Virus record (IMG/VR): IMGVR_UViG_2675903691_000001
Coordinates: 5,365-69,364 of that record
DNA from: a virus
Taxonomy: Duplodnaviria; Caudoviricetes
DNA length: 64,000 nucleotides
Strand: one strand, 5' to 3'
In this document: positions 47,870 through 55,261 of the stretch, in pieces
Layout of the letters: the number at the start of each line of letters is the position of its first letter
How positions within the stretch are numbered: the first letter of the stretch is position 1
Translations under genes and position numbers: made by a program
Notes under the pieces: model-generated
The model's input: the letters and a program-made list of their open reading frames with translations, nothing else
Database searches by the model: none
Told to the model about the DNA's origin: nothing

Positions 47870-48379
47870 TCAGGTCGCCTTCAACGCTTCCAGTGCCTCG
47901 ACAGCAGCGAGCTTCGCCTGCTCACCAAACTCTTCGTAGCTGCATTCGTGCCACTTGCGGTCGGGTGCTTCCGTCAACCGCCACTCGACGTGATCGGTGT
48001 TGAACTCCACTTCCAGCCAGCAGCCGGTGTGCGGTCGATGCTCTTGGATTTTGCGGCCGGTCTGCTGGATGAGTTCCATTGTTTCCAGGGACGCGGCTGG
48101 CTCGCGGTAGGATGCGACGTGGGATTCGAGCGGTTCTTTAACGAAGTGCCGTTCCCGCAAGTTCCACATCGCCAGTCCGATTTTCTTCGCCGCCTGCCAA
48201 GCATTTGTGAGCGCGACGTTGTCGAACAGTTCAGCAGGTCCGCCGTTCAGGTTGGCGTATTCGCATACGGCCTCATTGAGTCGGTCTGCGTTGTCCCCAA
48301 CACTCCCGTCATCCCCCGTGAGCAGAAACCTCACCCGGTCGTCTAACGCCTGCCCGGTCAGTTGCGTGGTGGTTGTCAT
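47870..48379 (-). CDS. Hypothetical protein
   Basis: AAGGA RBS, 169 aa. Confidence 0.7.
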   Translation of the reverse strand: MTTTTQLTGQALDDRVRFLLTGDDGSVGDNADRLNEAVCEYANLNGGPAELFDNVALTNAWQAAKKIGLAMWNLRERHFVKEPLESHVASYREPAASLETMELIQQTGRKIQEHRPHTGCWLEVEFNTDHVEWRLTEAPDRKWHECSYEEFGEQAKLAAVEALEALKAT

Positions 48380-48404
48380 GTCGCTTTGTCCTTCTTGTCA
48401 GGTG

Positions 48405-48911
48405 TCAAGCAACAGTCGCTGGATCTGCTCGCCTTAGCCACCCCTCACGACTGTCGCCGAGCCGACCGTCAAGTTCGCTCTCGGATTCGGGGTGAAGATG
48501 CATGTCATTCACAAGTCGAACGTAGAGCTTGTGCCACCACCGTTTAATACGTTCGTCTGGGTGCTTGTAACCAAGGATTTCTACGGCATGAAGCAGATGA
48601 AGTTGAAAGTGGTGCGGGATGCCATCAAGAGATCGCAAGTATTCATCGCAATGGGTGTCCATCAAATACTCCCACTGATCGTCGATAATGAGTCCGACAG
48701 AGGGACCCGTGAACGATCCGCCGTTGCTGTCGTATGGGTTTTCCAGAACCTTGCCATCGGTCGCGGAGACGAGCACACATCTCCGGAACCAACGAAGCAG
48801 CATCTTCACGGAACCGTATTTCGGCACACCATCGGGGCCACGGATGGCCGTCAGTAAAACCGTCTGCTGCATCATTGGAATCGTCTCGGTCCACGCTTGC
48901 ATTACTCTCAT
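48405..48911 (-). CDS. Conserved phage protein
   Basis: QQTVLLTAIRGPDG...HHFQLHLLHAVEILGYKHP. Confidence 0.75.
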   Translation of the reverse strand: MRVMQAWTETIPMMQQTVLLTAIRGPDGVPKYGSVKMLLRWFRRCVLVSATDGKVLENPYDSNGGSFTGPSVGLIIDDQWEYLMDTHCDEYLRSLDGIPHHFQLHLLHAVEILGYKHPDERIKRWWHKLYVRLVNDMHLHPESESELDGRLGDSREGWLRRADPATVA

Positions 48912-48959
48912 TTCACGGTTCCTTTATTGGTTACAGTCTTTACTTCTCGTGTTCAGCAT

Positions 48960-49602
48960 TCACGCTGTCTGGCGCACTCTCGCAACGCCCTGGTTTGCCT
49001 CAAAAACCGCTCTCGCAAACCCCATCGGAGTCGCGCTTCTCAGGTTCGCCCTGTCATTCGTTGGCGGCATCAGGTGCATCAAGCTCCCCTGTGCCGGCGG
49101 AACTGCTCGCGGCTCTGGCATAACGAACCCCCCCCCCCGTCCAAAGGCACGTTGACTTCGTGTACTCGTCGCCGGGCGGGTCCAGGTATCCACCGTAGTC
49201 GCAAGGGTCGAAGATGCTGTTTGGCTTCCCGTGAATCCCGCTAATGCGTCCGACAGGGTTTTCAATCATGAACGGACAGCCCGCCCAGTTCGCCGCGGTG
49301 TACGCAGCGTGAAAGCAGTCCATGCCGTCCCGTAACATCGGCCACGATTTCTTCGCGAAGTCCCTGGCGCCGGACACTGCCAGATGAGTGCATGGAGGGA
49401 ACGCAAACAGAATCAGCGGCCTGTCAGGTGGCAACCACGAGCGGGCGTCACCCCAGACGAAATGAATGTTTCCGTCAGATCGGTCCCGCCGGATGCTGTG
49501 CTGAATGTCGACGCAATAGCACTGGAAGCCGGCGTCGGCCCACGGTCGCACCATGTTTCCTGTGTAGTCGAACAAGCTCACAATGATTCCGTTCACGCTC
49601 AC
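48960..49602 (-). pseudogene. DNA cytosine methyltransferase frameshifted at a G11 tract
   Basis: SLFDYTG, FPPCTHL, IENPVG, YTKSTCLWTGGG in one frame; FVMP...RSATPMGFARA in another; C11 at 49128-49138 on +. Confidence 0.8.
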
Positions 49603-49709
49603 TCCAGTATCAGTTTCTTGTAAATGCACAGCACCACGGTGATCGCAGTGATGACGATGGTCCAGGCGTTGAGAGCGTTGATTCTTGGCGGTTGTTTCAT
49701 TTGTTTCAT
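49599..49709 (-). CDS. 36-aa single-pass membrane peptide
   Basis: WTIVITAITVVLCIY; stop overlaps MTase start. Confidence 0.5.
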   Translation of the reverse strand: MKQMKQPPRINALNAWTIVITAITVVLCIYKKLILE

Positions 49710-49744
49710 TCCCACAATTCCCCCGCAAAATCCGGCCGGGGCTG

Positions 49745-50017
49745 TCAGGGCTGGCGGTTGTCTTTGCTCGGTTGTGGCTCGAAGCACTTCCCTGACCACG
49801 CCATGTTTTTGATGCGGTTCAGACCGGCGCTCGACCACCGCTGAACAATCATTGCGTTCACTTTGGCCCAATCAGTCGGCCAGCTCGATCTCAACGCCAA
49901 AGCATAGGTCTGTGCAATTTGACGCTGATTGCAACCTTGTTTGATTTCGTTCTCAATGACCATTTCAACGGCCATTAGTTCGCTCACAAAACCACTCGTT
50001 TCAGTTCCCATCTTCAT
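49745..50017 (-). CDS. Hypothetical protein
   Basis: Coupled, 90 aa. Confidence 0.65.
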   Translation of the reverse strand: MKMGTETSGFVSELMAVEMVIENEIKQGCNQRQIAQTYALALRSSWPTDWAKVNAMIVQRWSSAGLNRIKNMAWSGKCFEPQPSKDNRQP

Positions 50018-50169
50018 CGCTCCAGGTTGGCCGGGGGGCTAGGCTTCTTTTCCTTTTCTCCGAGTCCGATTGCCAAGTTGCAGTGGCACCGGAACTCCCA
50101 GTTTTTGAGGATGCCGTCACATCGCGGGCACCTCCACTCCCACGGTTTCGGTTCGCGATGCTCAGCCAT
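50014..50169 (-). CDS. Small Zn-ribbon protein
   Basis: CPRC...CHC. Confidence 0.5.
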   Translation of the reverse strand: MAEHREPKPWEWRCPRCDGILKNWEFRCHCNLAIGLGEKEKKPSPPANLER

Positions 50170-50512
50170 TGGGGTTATCCTTCCCGCCCCGACCGGCAGC
50201 GGCGAGGGCTTTACGCAGGTCTGCTGCTGCCACGTCGTCACCATGCCAGTCCAGTTCATCCGCAGCCTTCAGTGCAGCCTCGACCAGCCCGTCCATCTGC
50301 CGCCGCAGGTCCGTGGGGGAGTCGATGCCTGCTTCCTCGATCGCACGGTCGAGGTCTTCATTGAACGCGCCGTCTTCCGATGCGACAAGTGCGACTTCGG
50401 CAAGCGCGTCCCAGTGCTGATCTGTTGCACTGCGTCGAAAGTGGGAAACAAACTTCCGTCGCCATTCGTCGGTTGTCAGCGACTTTCTATCGTTCTTAGT
50501 TGCCTGGCTCAT
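50162..50512 (-). CDS. Hypothetical protein
   Basis: GGAGG RBS, coupled. Confidence 0.65.
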   Translation of the reverse strand: MSQATKNDRKSLTTDEWRRKFVSHFRRSATDQHWDALAEVALVASEDGAFNEDLDRAIEEAGIDSPTDLRRQMDGLVEAALKAADELDWHGDDVAAADLRKALAAAGRGGKDNPNG

Positions 50513-50925
50513 GTGGCCTCCTTCAGTGTTTTCAGTGTCTGTGTCATGCAGAACGCGAACGTGCCCGTCGCGAGCTTCTGCGGTGATGTCGTCGGAGTCA
50601 GTGACGTTGGCAGGTGCAATCTCGGAAATGGTCCGTTCGTCGCTTTGATGGTGTACACCGATTCCGCGAGACCGCCACGGGTTTCATTGCATACAAACTT
50701 CAGGTTCGTAATCGGCAGTCCGTCCCTGCAGATAAGTTCCATCGGGTCCGTGATCGGTCGAGGCCGGTATCGAGACCTGCCTTTGCCTCGCTCTTGCGAC
50801 GGAACTCGAAAGGTGTTGTCCCCAGACTCTTCGATGAAGATGCGCCAGTCCGCAGCGACAATCACGTCGATGTTGTAGAAGTGGCCGTCGTCGCAGCAGA
50901 CGTAGATATATCCAAGGCTCATCAC
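50509..50925 (-). CDS. Hypothetical protein
   Basis: 138 aa, coupled. Confidence 0.6.
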   Translation of the reverse strand: MMSLGYIYVCCDDGHFYNIDVIVAADWRIFIEESGDNTFRVPSQERGKGRSRYRPRPITDPMELICRDGLPITNLKFVCNETRGGLAESVYTIKATNGPFPRLHLPTSLTPTTSPQKLATGTFAFCMTQTLKTLKEAT

Positions 50926-50960
50926 TCAACTCCCATCTCGGGGTCAGGGGCGTGATACGG

Positions 50961-51179
50961 TCAGGGTTCGGGCAGTGCGTCGACTTCCGCGTCGGTCATG
51001 TTGCGAACATGGAAAGTCACCGTCACTGGACCTCCGAGCGGGTCTCGCTGGATGTCTTTGAGAACCTCCCCCATCAGATGGGCCAGCGATTCACCGCAGT
51101 CGCCTTTCTCGTGAAGCCTCCCGACGTACGTTTGGCAGTCGAAAACATCGGCCTCAATAAACAGTCGTTGTGCCATCAT
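50961..51179 (-). CDS. Hypothetical protein
   Basis: GAGG RBS, 72 aa. Confidence 0.65.
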   Translation of the reverse strand: MMAQRLFIEADVFDCQTYVGRLHEKGDCGESLAHLMGEVLKDIQRDPLGGPVTVTFHVRNMTDAEVDALPEP

Positions 51180-51415
51180 CGCCTCGTGTTGTTTGGCAGG
51201 TTTGAACTATCCGGAAATTCCGGACAGTTGCTGTCAGTGGTTGAAACTATGCCCGTCGAGATGTGTGAAAGGTGCCCGTCTCTCCGGGCTGTCACCGCGT
51301 CCGTGCTACGTTTGCGGTTTGCTGCGGCGGCCTCCAACCTCAGAACTCACCTTCCAGTTGGAATCCCCGTCTTCAACTGATAACAGTGGAGGTGAGGGGG
51401 AACATTTCATCGAAG

Positions 51416-51659
51416 TGGTCGCGTCTGGGTTCGAACCAGAAACTACTCTCGCCTTGCAAAGCGATTTCATGCACAAGGATGGACTTTTGGCGTCGTGGGC
51501 CTGAATGCTCCACGGATCGTGGATAGCAGCCACATGCAGCCGCAGTCTCGTTTTCCGTGTTACAGTTTCGGCGACCTCCGTTCTCCACGAACGGCGCTCT
51601 GTCGTCTGAGCTACCACGCTTCCCGCCCTCATGGTGTCTGCCAATTCCACCACGCGACC
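51416..51659 (-). ncRNA. 244-nt tRNA-framed RNA with a large insert in place of the anticodon loop and a nested tRNA-like domain
   Basis: Acceptor GGTCGCG/CGCGACC plus A73; Leu-type D arm GTG-GAATTGGCAGA-CAC; T arm TCTGG-TTCGAAC-CCAGA; inner GCTC/GAGC arm and CCGTT-CGTGGAG-AACGG arm. Confidence 0.75.
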
Positions 51660-51950
51660 ATGTTGCCGCAGTTAGGGTCGCGGCTCACCCGAGTGCTGGT
51701 TAGTTCTTCATGGCTGTTCTCCTGTTGCTGTTGAATCGAAATACTGTCCTCATCCACTGCCTCAAGCCCGCGTGAACGGGCTGTCTCGGCTCAACTTGTT
51801 TCAATAAACCGCGTGATCCCTATGGGGTTGTAGAGCACTCAGACTCGCGGCATTAGGTGCTCGGCCAGCTTTCATTCCACTCGCATCTGGCCCCTGCTTT
51901 TGGTGTGGAGTGACTCAACTTGTCGCGGGCGGAAGGGCGGGGCGGCGGCG

Positions 51951-52931
51951 TTACCACGACCATTCGCTGACGATTTCACATCGCTGCACTTTCACAATCT
52001 CGCCGTCTTTCACTGAAACATCCGCCGATTTCATAAGTGCCACCTTGTCTCCGAACCGGCAGCAAAGGACGGCACCTGGTCGAACTCGCCATGCGAACCG
52101 CTCTGAAGTCACGCACGCGAGACCCGTGGCAGAGACCTCAATTGTCGAACACTCACCAGTGATGACCGCAGCACCCCTGTCCCCGGAAGCCGTCGCAGCA
52201 CCCCTGTACCCGGAAGCCGTCGCAGCACCGCTGTCCCCGGAAGCCGTCGCAGCACCGCTGTACCCGGAAGCCGTCGCAGCACCGCTGTCCCCGGAAGCCG
52301 TCGCAGCACCCCTGTCCCCGGAAGCCGTCGCAGCACCGCTGGCCCCGGAAGCCGTCGCAGCACCGCTGTCCCCGGAAGCCGTCGCAGCACCCCTGTCCCC
52401 GGAAGCCGTCGCAGCACCCCTGTCCCCGGAAGCCGTCGCAGCACCCCTGTCCCCGGAAGCCGTCGCAGCACCGCTGGCCCCGGAAGCCGTCGCAGCACCG
52501 CTGGCAGCCATCTTCACCCACGCAACGTGGCCGGGAATCGTCAGCTTCAGTGCTTCTGAATATGCGCCACAAAAGACCACTTCAGGGCATCGACAGGCTT
52601 CGTCGTTGGGAACCGCTTTCACTTTGTCGCCGAGATCGATCACGTCGTCAGGATGCGCGGCAAAGACAATCCATGTCGCCCCAAAGTCTGGGAACTTTCC
52701 TTCCCCGAGACCGAATCCCCATGCCCATCCGAACAATCCGCCACTGCTGCAATCAGGTTCTCGGCTGAACTTCGCGGGACGGACAGGACCGCTCTTCGGC
52801 CACACGAAACCACCGTGCGAAGTCAGGTCGTTGTTCACGACTTTTAGAATCAGGACTTTGTCGCCTCCGTTGGTCCATTGGTGGCGCGGCGTGATGACTT
52901 GTTCGGTTTCTTGTGGCATCGTGAAATCCAT
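51951..52931 (-). CDS. Phage protein with (xxGAATASG)n repeat
   Basis: Globular N-domain, 12 nine-residue repeats, beta-rich C-terminus. Confidence 0.85.
   Translation of the reverse strand: MDFTMPQETEQVITPRHQWTNGGDKVLILKVVNNDLTSHGGFVWPKSGPVRPAKFSREPDCSSGGLFGWAWGFGLGEGKFPDFGATWIVFAAHPDDVIDLGDKVKAVPNDEACRCPEVVFCGAYSEALKLTIPGHVAWVKMAASGAATASGASGAATASGDRGAATASGDRGAATASGDRGAATASGDSGAATASGASGAATASGDRGAATASGDSGAATASGYSGAATASGDSGAATASGYRGAATASGDRGAAVITGECSTIEVSATGLACVTSERFAWRVRPGAVLCCRFGDKVALMKSADVSVKDGEIVKVQRCEIVSEWSW
52168..52503. repeat. 27-nt coding tandem repeat, about 12 copies
   Basis: GCAGCACC(C/G)CTG(T/G)(C/A)CCCGGAAGCCGTC units. Confidence 0.95.
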
Positions 52932-52980
52932 GTAGGTAAGTGAAAGTCGCTATTCAAAGTTCCCCCAGCTCGCCGGCTGG

Positions 52981-53166
52981 TTACTGTTTCAATTCAGCGG
53001 CGACAGCATCTTCCGACAACTCCTCGCGCAACTTGGCGATCAGAAGTTCCTGCCGCTTAATCTTCGCCTTCGCCTGGCACAGCACTCGCGTGGTACTGGG
53101 GCGCGGACTCCTGTACCTGCGAAGGTGGTCGATCTCGTCTTGAATGCGTTTCCTGAGTTGGGACAT
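52981..53166 (-). CDS. Small basic coiled-coil protein
   Basis: GAGGA RBS. Confidence 0.6.
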   Translation of the reverse strand: MSQLRKRIQDEIDHLRRYRSPRPSTTRVLCQAKAKIKRQELLIAKLREELSEDAVAAELKQ

Positions 53167-53181
53167 TCCTCACTCTCCTGG

Positions 53182-53451
53182 TTACTTGCGAAGTTCCGCG
53201 AGCAGGGCGTCTGCTGCTTTCTTGTATCCGTGAAACATCGCCTCCTCGCAGGCGACCATGAAGAACGAAAGTGTTCCTGCGTTTACTTCCCGCACAAGGT
53301 CTGCATATCCCTTCATGTCGTCATCCTCAAACAGAGCGATGACCCACCGTCGAAACCGCACAAGGGGAATGTCCCCACTGCCATCGTCCCACGGTCGCGC
53401 TGGAATTGGAGGCATCTCTATTGCAGGTCCGCCATCGTCGATTGCTGCCAT
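53182..53451 (-). CDS. Hypothetical protein
   Basis: IDDGGPA start motif; coupled. Confidence 0.65.
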   Translation of the reverse strand: MAAIDDGGPAIEMPPIPARPWDDGSGDIPLVRFRRWVIALFEDDDMKGYADLVREVNAGTLSFFMVACEEAMFHGYKKAADALLAELRK

Positions 53452-53453
53452 TT

Positions 53454-54245
53454 CTAGACTCCCGCCAATTGCAGTGCTGTTCCGCGAATCGTCGACACGA
53501 GCAACAACGCCTCGTCAACCCATTGCAGTGTGATTTTTGCGACCTCGCTGGTTTCCGGAGTGTCGCCAGGCTTCAGGTTCGTGAACCATAATTCGCGCGG
53601 CGATGAGGCATTGATTGGCATCTTTTTCAGCGACTCAAATTCATCCCACGGCAGATGGCATGCGTGCGCCATTGTGCCAGCGAGACACGCACATTCACCG
53701 CTGTAAGTCGAGCCGTCGATTTTGCCGTCAACGATGGCCTGCCTGAGAAATGGAATCTCATCGGGCAATTGCAGGATTGCCAGTATCAGGTCTTGGCGAA
53801 TGTGATCGAGGTTGGCTCCGTCGAGGTTGGCTCCGTAGAGGTTGGCTCCGTCGAGGTTGGCTCCGTAGAGGTTGGCTCCGTAGAGGTTGGCTCCGTAGAG
53901 GTTGGCTCGCGTGAGGTTGGCTCCGTAGAGGTTGGCTCCGTCGAGGTTGGCTCCGTAGAGGTTGGCTCCGTAGAGGTTGGCTCCGTAGAGGTTGGCTCCG
54001 TCGAGGTTGGCTCCGTAGAGGTTGGCTCCGTAGAGGTTGGCTCGCGTGAGGTTGGCTCGCGTGAGGTTGGCTCGCGTGAGGTTGGCTCGCGTGAGGTTGG
54101 CTCGCGTGAGGTTGGCTCCGTAGAGGTTGGCTCGCGTGAGGTTGGCTCCGTCCTTCACTGCCTTTTGCACCGCAGCAGAAACGTCGGTCAGATCAGATCG
54201 ATAGAGGACTGCATTGGTCCAGCGATTGAGAATCTCGATGCTCAT
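53454..54245 (-). CDS. Pentapeptide-repeat protein
   Basis: 23 ANL(TR/YG/DG/DH) repeats plus C-terminal GSTYSGECACLAGT domain. Confidence 0.92.
   Translation of the reverse strand: MSIEILNRWTNAVLYRSDLTDVSAAVQKAVKDGANLTRANLYGANLTRANLTRANLTRANLTRANLTRANLYGANLYGANLDGANLYGANLYGANLYGANLDGANLYGANLTRANLYGANLYGANLYGANLDGANLYGANLDGANLDHIRQDLILAILQLPDEIPFLRQAIVDGKIDGSTYSGECACLAGTMAHACHLPWDEFESLKKMPINASSPRELWFTNLKPGDTPETSEVAKITLQWVDEALLLVSTIRGTALQLAGV
53802..54146. repeat. 15-nt coding tandem repeat, 23 copies
   Basis: GAGGTTGGCTC-core units. Confidence 0.95.
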
Positions 54246-54303
54246 GTTTCGTCTCCTTGTTGATTGATAATTGCTGCCATTTCGGCTCCGGGGTTGGGGT
54301 TGG

Positions 54304-54582
54304 TCATTCGTCCCGCCACATTCGTTCGCGCCGGGCTCGTTTCTCTTCCCATGTCGGATTCTTCGTTTTGACGCTGGGAACGGCCCAGATCAGGCACTTG
54401 TCCGGTGCAAAATCAAACTCGAACATGATCGCTTCGAAGCCGTATTTCGCGCCGATACTAACCATCAATTGCATCGCCTCTTCTCGACTGGCCTCGCCCT
54501 TCTTGAGTCGCTTTTGGATGTCGTCCAGGGCGTTGTTGTCGGCGAGACTGATCTCGAACCGCTTCTTCTTTAGCGACCTCAT
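54304..54582 (-). CDS. Hypothetical protein
   Basis: 92 aa; overlaps tail of upstream ORF. Confidence 0.55.
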   Translation of the reverse strand: MRSLKKKRFEISLADNNALDDIQKRLKKGEASREEAMQLMVSIGAKYGFEAIMFEFDFAPDKCLIWAVPSVKTKNPTWEEKRARRERMWRDE

Positions 54583-55261
54583 CTGATACGTCCTTTGGCA
54601 CCGAGAATTCGGGAATCAGTCCGGCGGTCTTTGGCTTGTATTCGATGGCCTGCGGCGCCTGCTTGTTGTTCAACGGGACGTACTCAAGGTGCTTCGCAAT
54701 CGGGTGTTCAGGCAGTCCCGAGTGAATCTCGACCGTCTCCGGGGACGGGAGGCCGCGGCTGCGGTTCTCACGCTCCGCGATACCCGGCAATGGCGAGGCA
54801 TCCCCTTGACCTGTCTTGGCGATCACCAGATACGCCTGAATGAAATGCTTCTCCGCCCACACCATCTCTTCCGAGGACAAGCCGCACAGCTTTTCCCATG
54901 TCCAGCGAGTTCTGATCGCCGCATTGATGATCCGATCCTGAAAGTTGATCGTCCGCATCGACCCGAAACAGCGGATCTGTTTCCGCACACTCGTCCAGGC
55001 TTTCGCTGCTCGCTCGGCGTCGTTCAAGACCGGTGCGAATTTGCGAAGTGCTGCTGGTGATGGGTAGTCCGTGCATTCCCGATTGAAGCGGTCTACGGCG
55101 ACCTGGACGTCGCTCACCTTCAGGTCGATCAGGGCATCGATCCAGCTTTTCAGTTGGTCTGCGGTCAACTTAATGTTGCGCAGGCCGAAGAACGATTCCA
55201 GTATTTTTCGCAGATCCGCTTTGCGCTGCGTAATCGAGTCAGAACGGGACATCTGATTCAT
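54458..55261 (-). CDS. Replication-associated protein (helicase loader/DUF6475-like)
   Basis: YPSPAALR, AAKAW..V...I, FQDRIINAAI, EKHFIQAY; follows initiator. Confidence 0.6.
   Translation of the reverse strand: MNQMSRSDSITQRKADLRKILESFFGLRNIKLTADQLKSWIDALIDLKVSDVQVAVDRFNRECTDYPSPAALRKFAPVLNDAERAAKAWTSVRKQIRCFGSMRTINFQDRIINAAIRTRWTWEKLCGLSSEEMVWAEKHFIQAYLVIAKTGQGDASPLPGIAERENRSRGLPSPETVEIHSGLPEHPIAKHLEYVPLNNKQAPQAIEYKPKTAGLIPEFSVPKDVSDEVAKEEAVRDQSRRQQRPGRHPKATQEGRGQSRRGDAIDG

Noticed and set aside
51479-51626. Group I intron in a tRNA-Leu
   Set aside because: Only P7-like words match; no U at the expected 5' splice site, J3/4 and J8/7 do not fit, and the exons would not rebuild a 7-nt anticodon loop. 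Not excluded without an Infernal search.
51306-51653. ORFs 51306-51653 and 51373-51588 over the RNA, and the MVAWWNWQTP peptide
   Set aside because: No convincing RBS, and sequence is explained by tRNA-like structure; Trp codons arise from the standard Leu D-arm sequence.
51416-51659. tmRNA call
   Set aside because: No G3.U70 or GGGGC acceptor, has a paired D stem and long variable arm, and no obvious tag ORF; kept as a novel tRNA-framed RNA instead.
52168-54146. Tandem repeats as CRISPR arrays
   Set aside because: Contiguous units without unique spacers, in frame within proteins; no cas genes.
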